The notes under the pieces were generated by a model. The model made no database searches and had not been told where the DNA came from. It saw nothing but the letters and a program-made list of their open reading frames with translations. This document shows, piece by piece, positions 1 to 5,931 of a DNA stretch of 22,035 bases (position 1 is the first letter of the stretch; each line of letters opens with the position of its first letter). The stretch is from the UHGV virus genome UHGV-0200595. One strand, written 5' to 3'. A program made the translations under genes and the position numbers. Source of the DNA: a virus.

Positions 1-36
1 CAAGAAAACGATAGCAGCCTCAATGCACCCACACTC

Positions 37-60
37 AACCCGCTTTGGCGGGTTTTTTTA
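37..60 (+). terminator. Rho-independent terminator ending an upstream gene that lies mostly outside the window
   Basis: Stem AACCCGC (37-43), loop TTTG, stem GCGGGTT (48-54), followed by a T-run through about 59. Confidence 0.8.
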
Positions 61-93
61 TACCCAATCACTTGATTTGAGCTGAAAAATTGA

Positions 94-113
94 TACTGTA
101 TATACATACAGTA
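94..113. promoter_or_regulatory. LexA (SOS) box
   Basis: TACTGTATATACATACAGTA is a 20-nt palindrome. It differs at one position from the E. coli consensus TACTG(TA)5CAGTA. TTGATT (73-78) and TTGATA (90-95) -35-like hexamers lie nearby. The exact promoter was not resolved. Confidence 0.8.
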
Positions 114-318
114 TTCGGCGAGATATATAAGCGTGTAAAAACCTTTCGTTAACCAGAACAGATACTAAGTGATTAAAAAATACCCATAAATATGAACGTA
201 AATGCATCAAATTTACATACAGCGCGAATTAAATGATTACACTCGTTATATTTCCTCCCGCAACAAAAATTGCGTATAACCGTGTATTTTCATTTTCCCT
301 TAGTAGCAAGGAGGTATT

Positions 319-531
319 ATGAAAAATTTTCAGGGAACCATTAACCGCAAGTATGTGGTCATTCGTCGGGATGATATGTCGGTTGTGGCGGAAATGGATT
401 ATTTCCCGGATACCGAGAGAGCTATTTGGATACGTAGCGGAAGAACGCTGAATATTCGCCCGCTTAAGCCAGATGAGCGGGTTGTTTCTCCCACAGTTCT
501 CCGTGAAATGGTTTGCCAGTTTATTGGGTAA
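319..531 (+). CDS. Hypothetical 70-aa protein, the first rightward ORF after the LexA box
   Basis: Strong SD AAGGAGG (308-314) lies 4 nt before the ATG. The sequence looks soluble and protein-like. No family recognised. Confidence 0.65.
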   Translation: MKNFQGTINRKYVVIRRDDMSVVAEMDYFPDTERAIWIRSGRTLNIRPLKPDERVVSPTVLREMVCQFIG

Positions 532-533
532 AC

Positions 534-555
534 TTGAAGCCGTTTAAGGCTTCAA
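534..555 (+). terminator. Hairpin after the 70-aa ORF, a possible weak terminator
   Basis: 8-bp stem TTGAAGCC/GGCTTCAA with a 6-nt loop. It is followed by TAATAATAT, which is A/T-rich but not a clean T-run. Confidence 0.3.
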
Positions 556-618
556 TAATAATATCCCTGCATGCCTGAACAACATGCAACCTGATAACGA
601 TGCGTCACTGAGGAAACT

Positions 619-1218
619 ATGGCGCATCTACAACTAGTCAAACAAACCTCTTCAGGATTACTGCTCCCGGCAACGCCGGAAAGTGGCGATTTCCTGCAAC
701 AAATTAAAATTGGTGAGTGGATACACGCTGACTTCAAGCGTGTGCGTAATTACGCATTCCATAAGCGATTTTTCAAACTTCTACAGCTTGGTTTCGATTA
801 CTGGACGCCAACAGGTGGCGTTATCACTCCGCGTGAGAGGAAGCTGGTTTCTGGCTTTGTTGATTTCTTGTGTGAGTCAGTAGGCCGGGAACATACCCCG
901 GCACTGAGCGATGCAGCAGAGCAGTATCTGCACGAAATCGCCACCAGGAGAACCGGGGACGTTGCTCTGCTCAAATCTTTCGATGCTTTCCGTGAATGGG
1001 TAACCGTTCAGGCTGGTTTTTTCCTGGAGATTGTCTACCCGGACGGCAGCCGCGGGCGCAGGGCTAAATCCATCTCTTTTGCGAATATGGACGAAGGCGA
1101 GTTTCAGCAGGTTTATAAAGCCGTACTCAACGTACTGTGGAATTGGATCCTGTTCCGAAAATTTTCTTCTCCGGAAGAAGTTGAGAACGTCGCCGCGCAG
1201 CTTCTGGAGTTCGCATGA
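619..1218 (+). CDS. nin-region protein, DUF1367 (YdfU-like) family
   Basis: 199-aa ORF with SD GAGGA upstream. The sequence recalls lambdoid DUF1367/YdfU proteins. The stop overlaps the next start (ATGA). Confidence 0.75.
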   Translation: MAHLQLVKQTSSGLLLPATPESGDFLQQIKIGEWIHADFKRVRNYAFHKRFFKLLQLGFDYWTPTGGVITPRERKLVSGFVDFLCESVGREHTPALSDAAEQYLHEIATRRTGDVALLKSFDAFREWVTVQAGFFLEIVYPDGSRGRRAKSISFANMDEGEFQQVYKAVLNVLWNWILFRKFSSPEEVENVAAQLLEFA

Positions 1219-1508
1219 TGGCTGATTTACGAAAAGCATCACGCGGCCTGATGTGTACAGTCAGGATCCCCGGTTACTGCAACCATAATCCCGAAACATC
1301 TGTGCTTGCGCACTACCGGATGGCCGGCACTTGCGGGACCGCAACAAAACCACACGATATGCAGGCGGCGATCGCCTGTTGTGCCTGCCATGACCTGATC
1401 GACGGTCGGGTAAAAACCGATGACTACAGCAAAGAAGAACTTCGCCTGATGCATGCAGAAGGCGTTTTCCGTACGCAAGAAATCTGGAGAGAGAAAGGGC
1501 TGATATGA
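1215..1508 (+). CDS. YbcO/DUF1364-like Cys/His-rich putative nuclease
   Basis: 97 aa with Cys/His clusters (CTVRIPGYCNH...CCACHDLIDGR). The size and position before Q match DLP12 YbcO. ATGA overlaps at both ends. Confidence 0.7.
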   Translation: MMADLRKASRGLMCTVRIPGYCNHNPETSVLAHYRMAGTCGTATKPHDMQAAIACCACHDLIDGRVKTDDYSKEELRLMHAEGVFRTQEIWREKGLI

Positions 1509-2047
1509 TTTACCCAACCAATACAGGAAAACCAGGTGAACACCTTCGCCTTAGCACACTCGAGAGCGTATGGATTCAGGGCAAGTTGCGTATGTGGGGC
1601 CGTTGGTCGTACATCGGCAGCGGTAAACCTGGCAACATGTTTAACCAGTTGCTGACGTCTAAAAAACTGACCAAAACAGCGATAAATGAGGCGCTCCGCA
1701 GAATGAAGCGGGCAGGGCTGGATAAACCGGAACTTGAGGCATTTTTGCGGGATATGATTAACGGTAAACAAAAAAGCTGGCTTGCACACTGTTCGGATGC
1801 GGAGGCGTTAAAAATCGACGGGGTTATCGGTGAAGTCCTGGCGGATCATCCCAGATTGTTCAATATCCTGAGTCAGCGTTATGTGGGGCGGGGGATGAGT
1901 AAGCGCATGATGGCCGAGAGGTTAAATGAAGTACATCCAGAATGGTGCTTTAGCACATGCGAAAAGCGGATCGCTAATTGGTTAGCTGTCGCAGAATATA
2001 TGCTTTATATCCCCATGCATGAATCATTTGCTCAAAAAATGACTTGA
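1505..2047 (+). CDS. Late-gene antitermination protein Q (non-lambda Q family)
   Basis: 180 aa with an LRMWGRW motif reminiscent of Q-family antiterminators. It is the last gene before a promoter plus terminator pair and the lysis and structural genes. Confidence 0.75.
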   Translation: MIYPTNTGKPGEHLRLSTLESVWIQGKLRMWGRWSYIGSGKPGNMFNQLLTSKKLTKTAINEALRRMKRAGLDKPELEAFLRDMINGKQKSWLAHCSDAEALKIDGVIGEVLADHPRLFNILSQRYVGRGMSKRMMAERLNEVHPEWCFSTCEKRIANWLAVAEYMLYIPMHESFAQKMT

Positions 2048-2072
2048 CTTTTTACGCACAAATTGCTCAAAT
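2044..2072 (+). promoter_or_regulatory. Candidate late promoter PR'
   Basis: -35 TTGACT (2044-2049) overlaps the Q stop. A 17-nt spacer precedes an extended -10 TGcTCAAAT (2064-2072). A transcript ending at tR' would be roughly 75 nt, like lambda 6S RNA. Confidence 0.5.
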
Positions 2073-2131
2073 TCTGGTACGCTTCGCATAGCTGTATCGC
2101 GAGGCGAATGACAGACATAAACGCAACACTT

Positions 2132-2157
2132 AACCCGCCATCGTGCGGGTTTTTTGT
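2132..2157 (+). terminator. tR'-like rho-independent terminator, the presumed target of Q antitermination
   Basis: Stem AACCCGC (2132-2138), loop CATCGT, stem GCGGGTT (2145-2151), then TTTTTTG. Confidence 0.85.
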
Positions 2158-2660
2158 GCCCTAAAAGTGAGGGGCAGTACGGTAAACGCGGTGGTGGTTG
2201 TGGATACCGGCTTTTCATCTTGCACTGGTTTAGCGTCAGTCAGTGGCAGTTGCCGAATGAAGCGGATTACCTGAAGCTGCAGGCGCTGTTTGCACAGGTG
2301 GCGGCAGAAAAGCATCTGCGTGATGAACTGGAAAAGCCACACCACCAGCTTGTAACAACATACGGTGAACTGAACCGAAAATATGCAGAGTTACAGGAAG
2401 AGTACAAATCTCTCTGGCGACATTTTTCTGTGTCCGTACTGGTTCCCTACACCGACGCCTGGACGCACAAGCCCGTGCAATTTTATCCCGGCAAACATCC
2501 CTGTGAAAAACCGGCTGACATGCTGAGGCAGATAATTGAAACCAGCAACCGTCCTGGGGATTTGGTCGCGGACTTTTTCATGGGATCGGGTTCTACTGTA
2601 AAAGCTGCGTTATCGTTGGGGCGTCGCGCGGTTGGTGTGGACGGTTTGAACAGACTGTAG
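2154..2660 (+). pseudogene. Remnant of a beta-class N6/N4 DNA methyltransferase: TRD plus AdoMet motif I, with no catalytic (D/N/S)PPY motif
   Basis: Contains HPCEKPADMLRQII...GDLVADFFMGSGSTVKAALSLGRRAVGVD, the HPxxKP and FxGxG region of PF01555-type enzymes. No DPPY-like motif is present anywhere. The annotated start sits inside the tR' T-run. The ORF stops soon after GVD. Confidence 0.7.
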
Positions 2661-2694
2661 GGGAGATTAGTGAAATTGTTGCGGGAGGAAGGAA

Positions 2695-2712
2695 GCCCCG
2701 CTAAACCGGGGC
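2695..2712. terminator. GC hairpin between the convergent methylase relic and hicB
   Basis: GCCCCG-CTAAAC-CGGGGC. There is no clean U-run on either strand; the minus side has TTCCTTCC. Confidence 0.3.
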
Positions 2713-2722
2713 CGTAAAATCA

Positions 2723-3154
2723 TCATTGCTTCAGTTCATGGCGGGCAGCTTCAGCGATGAAGTGACTGCGGTCGCGATAAACGTTGCTGGCCTTTACTGC
2801 ATTATCGATCCGCTTAATCAGCGTATCAGGTAATGAGATGTTTATGCGCTGAGGCTTGCCTTCGAATTCTGACAAATCAACGTCGACCATAACCCAGCTG
2901 TCGAAGTCTTTATATTCTGGATTAACGGAATAAACCAGATAGCCAGCATCCTTGATATCTTCGACAGCAACATCGTTATTCTGAACCAGGTCTTCGACAA
3001 CCATCAGGATAGCTTCTTTCACCATTGGGGCAATCTGGTCCTGAGTATCAGCAGCGGAGAAACATCCGTAATCGTAAGCTGAAAACGCGGGAACGATCAT
3101 ACCGTAGGCGGTCTTTTCATCTTTCGGCGTCTCGACGCCCACTGAGAAGAACAT
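2723..3154 (-). CDS. hicB: HicB-family antitoxin with a C-terminal ribbon-helix-helix DNA-binding domain
   Basis: 143 aa. It has a HicB-like N-terminal fold and a C-terminal RINISLPDTLIKRID...RSHFIAEAARHEL RHH motif. SD GGAGG lies 5 nt upstream. It sits immediately downstream of hicA. Confidence 0.85.
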   Translation of the reverse strand: MFFSVGVETPKDEKTAYGMIVPAFSAYDYGCFSAADTQDQIAPMVKEAILMVVEDLVQNNDVAVEDIKDAGYLVYSVNPEYKDFDSWVMVDVDLSEFEGKPQRINISLPDTLIKRIDNAVKASNVYRDRSHFIAEAARHELKQ

Positions 3155-3178
3155 ATCAACCTCCAGAGAGGGCGGGGA

Positions 3179-3361
3179 TTAGAACCCCGCCAGTTTTTTA
3201 ATGGATTTGACAGTGCCGAGAGGTAAGTCCTTTTTTGGATGCGGAACCGGAAAAGTTTTTCCGGTTATCGGTGACCACCATATCTGGTGGCTTCCTCCGT
3301 TATGCCTTTTGAGTTCACATCCGGCAGCAGTCAATTCCTTTATCAGGTCAGTAGATTTCAT
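3179..3361 (-). CDS. hicA: HicA-family mRNA-interferase toxin
   Basis: 60 aa from the internal ATG (MKSTDLIKELTAAGCELKRHNGGSHQIWW...HPKKDLPLGTVKSIKKLAGF), with the typical HicA length and GSH motif. SD GGAGGA lies 3 nt upstream. The track ORF's 12-aa N-terminal extension is unlikely to be real. Confidence 0.88.
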   Translation of the reverse strand: MKSTDLIKELTAAGCELKRHNGGSHQIWWSPITGKTFPVPHPKKDLPLGTVKSIKKLAGF

Positions 3362-3383
3362 GTTTCCTCCTGGCCTGAAAACT

Positions 3384-3435
3384 ATTATACACACCAATAC
3401 ACACGAAGCAATATTTTGTGTGTATTCGTGTGTAA
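3384..3435 (-). promoter_or_regulatory. hicAB promoter with a four-site palindromic operator
   Basis: On the minus strand, -10 TATAAT (3389-3384) and -35 TTGCTT (3411-3406) are separated by 16 nt. ATACACAC occurs at 3387-3394 and 3397-3404. It is mirrored by GTGTGTAT at 3418-3425 and GTGTGTAA at 3428-3435, symmetric about 3411. Confidence 0.65.
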
Positions 3436-3456
3436 ATTTGATGGGGTGTTATTAAC

Positions 3457-3479
3457 GGGCCGCTGGTGGCCCTTTTTCA
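3457..3479 (+). terminator. Second plus-strand terminator just upstream of the holin gene
   Basis: GGGCC (3457-3461), loop GCTGGT, GGCCC (3468-3472), then TTTTTCATTT. Confidence 0.55.
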
Positions 3480-3496
3480 TTTACAGGAGAAAAAGT

Positions 3497-3889
3497 ATGT
3501 CTGAACCCTTATCCGGTTCCGGCACGGCTGCTGCGCTCGGAGGGGCGACGGTGTTCGGGCTGTTTACCGGAACGGATTTCGGGATTGTGTTTGGCGCATT
3601 TGCCGGGGCGCTGTTTGTGGCCACGATGCCGCAGGCGCTTTCAGCCTGGCGGGTGGCGGCGCATTTTCTGGTGTCGTTCATAGTCGGTGTGCTGGGAGCG
3701 CGTGTGCTGTCAGTCTGGATTGCATCAAAAACAGGTTATGACGGCACATCGGCGGATGCATTGTGCGCGGTGCTGGTATCGGTGGTGTCGGTAAAGGTTC
3801 TGTCGTTCATTCACCAGCAGGATATTACATCACTGGTGTCCGGCCTGTTCTCCCGCCTGCGGGGCGGAGGAGGTGGCAATGGCAGGTAA
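3497..3889 (+). CDS. Holin-like multi-pass membrane protein
   Basis: 130 aa from the ATG at 3497 (SD AGGAG at 3485-3489). It has 3-4 hydrophobic Gly/Ala-rich segments and a charged C-terminus. It is the first gene of the lysis cassette. The track ORF start at 3287 would run through the hicA promoter, so it was rejected. Confidence 0.75.
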   Translation: MSEPLSGSGTAAALGGATVFGLFTGTDFGIVFGAFAGALFVATMPQALSAWRVAAHFLVSFIVGVLGARVLSVWIASKTGYDGTSADALCAVLVSVVSVKVLSFIHQQDITSLVSGLFSRLRGGGGGNGR

Positions 3890-4157
3890 TATTCCAGGAT
3901 TGCTGAATGTGGCGCTATGTACGGTTATCGTGCTGGCGCTTTTTTTTTACCGCAGAAAAGACGCCACGCATAAACCTCTGGTGTCGTGGCTAGCCTGGCT
4001 GCTGATGTTGATATATGCGGTCGCGCCGCTCAGTTTTCTGTGCGGTCGTCCTCTTCCCGGTAACTGGGCGGTGGTGCTGGCTAATCTGTTGTTCTGTGTG
4101 CTGGTGGTATGGGCGCGCGGGAATGTGTCAAAAATCCTTTCATTACTGAGGCACTGA
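3879..4157 (+). CDS. Second holin or antiholin-like protein with three transmembrane segments
   Basis: 92 aa from the ATG at 3879 (GGAGG 5 nt upstream); a GTG at 3873 is an alternative start. It has three clear TM helices and overlaps the end of the previous gene. Confidence 0.7.
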   Translation: MAGNIPGLLNVALCTVIVLALFFYRRKDATHKPLVSWLAWLLMLIYAVAPLSFLCGRPLPGNWAVVLANLLFCVLVVWARGNVSKILSLLRH

Positions 4158-4158
4158 G

Positions 4159-4704
4159 ATGAAATCGAAGGACGTTATTTTTGATGAAATCCTCGGAAAA
4201 GAGGGAGGCTACGTAGACCATCCCGATGACAAGGGCGGCCCGACAAAGTGGGGTATCACTGAAAAAGTGGCTCGGGCACATGGATACCTTGGCGATATGC
4301 ACGATTTAACTCGAGGACAGGCGCTGGAAATTCTCGAGGCTGATTACTGGTACGGACCCCGTTTCGACCAGGTTTCCGCGTTATCCCCCGATATTGCCGC
4401 CGAGCTGTGCGACACGGGTGTGAATATGGGGCCGTCCGTGGCGACGAAGATGCTTCAGCGCTGGCTGAACGTATTCAACCAGGGCGGAAAACTTTACCCG
4501 GATATGGATGCCGATGGGCGTATCGGCCCACGGACTCTTAATGCGTTACGGGTATATCTGCAAAAACGAGGCAAAGACGGTGAACTGGTGTTGCTCACAT
4601 CGCTGAACTGCACGCAGGGAGAGCGCTACCTTGCTCTGGCCGAGAAACGCGAGGCTAATGAGTCCTTTGTATACGGCTGGATGAAGGAGCGCGTCGCACT
4701 ATGA
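4159..4704 (+). CDS. Endolysin: glycoside hydrolase family 108 muramidase with a C-terminal PG-binding-3-type domain
   Basis: N-terminal ILGKEGGYVDHPDDKGGPTKWGIT is the GH108 EGGY catalytic signature. The protein is 181 aa and follows the holins. Confidence 0.9.
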   Translation: MKSKDVIFDEILGKEGGYVDHPDDKGGPTKWGITEKVARAHGYLGDMHDLTRGQALEILEADYWYGPRFDQVSALSPDIAAELCDTGVNMGPSVATKMLQRWLNVFNQGGKLYPDMDADGRIGPRTLNALRVYLQKRGKDGELVLLTSLNCTQGERYLALAEKREANESFVYGWMKERVAL

Positions 4705-4883
4705 AGCGAAAGCACAGGACACATCGAATGCCGCGAACAAAAACGAAAAAGGCACTGGTAGCGATACTGGTGCCCTTTTTGTTAGTGGGCTGCGCCAGCC
4801 TGGAAAAAGCGCGTCAGCTTTTCGATACCGCTTCTCAGGTCTGCCGGCTTATTAATAGCGTGCGGCAATGTACGCAGAACTGA
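4701..4883 (+). CDS. Small lysis-cassette lipoprotein (o-spanin-like or BRP-like)
   Basis: ATGA overlap with the endolysin stop. A basic N-terminus precedes the hydrophobic ALVAILVPFLLVG and lipobox Cys31 (LLVGC, codon 4791-4793). The mature peptide is about 29 aa with two further Cys. Confidence 0.65.
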   Translation: MKRKHRTHRMPRTKTKKALVAILVPFLLVGCASLEKARQLFDTASQVCRLINSVRQCTQN

Positions 4884-5139
4884 TCACCCGCGAAGGCAGA
4901 ATATTTTACTGAAAAATGACGTTGGCCAGCGCGTCCGGAAAGCAAAAAATTCTGCGGAGTGCGGTGTTTTTGAATAATAAATGCTGATTTCGATTTTCAC
5001 GATTCAGATATCGATCACTGGTATTACAGCAGCCCTTCAATGAGGGGCTGCGATAATGCCAAAGTTCGCCATCGGCACCCGCCGCGCACCCTGCGCACTG
5101 GTCGATGGTGGACTTTTCAAATTTCAACATCGAGGCTGT

Positions 5140-5931
5140 ATGTGCGAAGAATTAACAATCGTCTATCGCCCGTTAAATGAACTGATACCGTGTGCAAGAA
5201 ATGCCAGAACCCACAGTGATGAGCAGGTGGCGCAATTGGTCGCCAGTATTAAGGAATTTGGCTGGACAAATCCGGTGCTGGTTGATGAAAACGGAGAGAT
5301 TATTGCCGGACATGGTCGTGTCATGGCCGCAGAATCGCTTGGCATGGATATCGTTCCGGTAATTGTCCTTACGAATCTGACAGACGATCAGAAACGGGCG
5401 TATCGTCTGGCAGATAACCGGCTGCCGATGAATGCAGGCTGGGATGTGGAACTGCTGAGGCTGGAAATTGCAGATTTGCTGGATGCTGATTTCGATATTT
5501 CTCTGACAGGGTTTAACCAGGCAGAGATTGACGAACTGCTGACTGAAATTACAACAGACACAGAAAGCGGCGATGAGCCGTACACAGCAAAAATTGATAC
5601 GCCTGTTTATGAGCCGTCAGGAGAAAAGCCTGATATCGGAGAATTGTACGACGACGAGAAGACTCAGGAACTGGCAGAGCGTATCCGCAAAGCCGGGCTT
5701 GACCCAGAGATCGAAAAATTCCTCCTGAGTGCAGCAGAGCGGCACACCATTTTCAATTTCAGCAAAATTGCTGATTACTATGCTCACGCTCCGGCAGAGA
5801 TACAGGCGCTGTTCGAAGAATCCGCACTGGTGATCATTGATTTTCAGCAAGCCATTGAACACGGTTTTGTCCGTATGACTCAGCGCATGGTGGAGATCAT
5901 GCATGGAGATGAGGAGGAGGAATATGCGTGA
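5140..5931 (+). CDS. ParB/Srx-like N-terminal-domain protein with an unassigned C-terminal domain
   Basis: YRPLNELIPCARNARTHSDEQVAQLVASIKEFGWTNPVLVD..IIAGHGRVMAA (GHGR at 5308-5319) and RAYRLADNRL..AGWD..LL match the ParB-like module seen N-terminal to phage DNA methylases. The preferred start is the ATG at 5140 (GAGG upstream); the track start at 5056 is possible. Confidence 0.8.
   Translation: MCEELTIVYRPLNELIPCARNARTHSDEQVAQLVASIKEFGWTNPVLVDENGEIIAGHGRVMAAESLGMDIVPVIVLTNLTDDQKRAYRLADNRLPMNAGWDVELLRLEIADLLDADFDISLTGFNQAEIDELLTEITTDTESGDEPYTAKIDTPVYEPSGEKPDIGELYDDEKTQELAERIRKAGLDPEIEKFLLSAAERHTIFNFSKIADYYAHAPAEIQALFEESALVIIDFQQAIEHGFVRMTQRMVEIMHGDEEEEYA

Noticed and set aside
233-322. 29-codon upstream ORF (MITLVIFPPATK...) whose TGA overlaps the ATG of the 70-aa gene. 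Also a CCTCC (254-258) that could pair with the SD (310-314)
   Set aside because: The uORF has no SD and the complementarity is only 5 nt. A leader-peptide or anti-SD mechanism is possible but not supportable from the sequence alone.
2048-2131. Looked for tRNA genes or a toxin cargo directly after Q, as in Stx phages
   Set aside because: No cloverleaf-compatible sequence or ORF is present. The segment is best explained as the PR' initial transcribed region leading to tR'.
37-2157. The two terminators (37-60 and 2132-2157) share the stem AACCCGC/GCGGGTT and the preceding ACACT(C/T)
   Set aside because: The shared match is short and the stem sequence is generic for enterobacterial terminators. 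This is not enough to claim a repeat or a recombination site.
3287-3496. 70-codon N-terminal extension of the holin ORF
   Set aside because: It would be translated through the hicA coding region, the hicA promoter/operator and a terminator. The ATG at 3497 has its own AGGAG and begins the hydrophobic protein.
4981-5043. 20-codon hydrophobic mini-ORF (MLISIFTIQISITGITAALQ) in the lysis-to-ParB intergenic region
   Set aside because: It has no Shine-Dalgarno and sits in an AT-rich context where such ORFs arise by chance. It is too short to evaluate.
5029-5051. Perfect 7-bp GC hairpin GCAGCCC-N9-GGGCTGC
   Set aside because: No T-run follows, so it is not a convincing intrinsic terminator. It might be a protein-binding or RNA stability element, but nothing else supports that.
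4906-5139. 74-aa minus-strand ORF and the 28-codon N-terminal extension of the ParB-like ORF (start at 5056)
   Set aside because: Neither has an RBS. The extension is Arg/Cys/Gly-rich and precedes the point where the conserved ParB-like domain begins. The ATG at 5140 has GAGG upstream.
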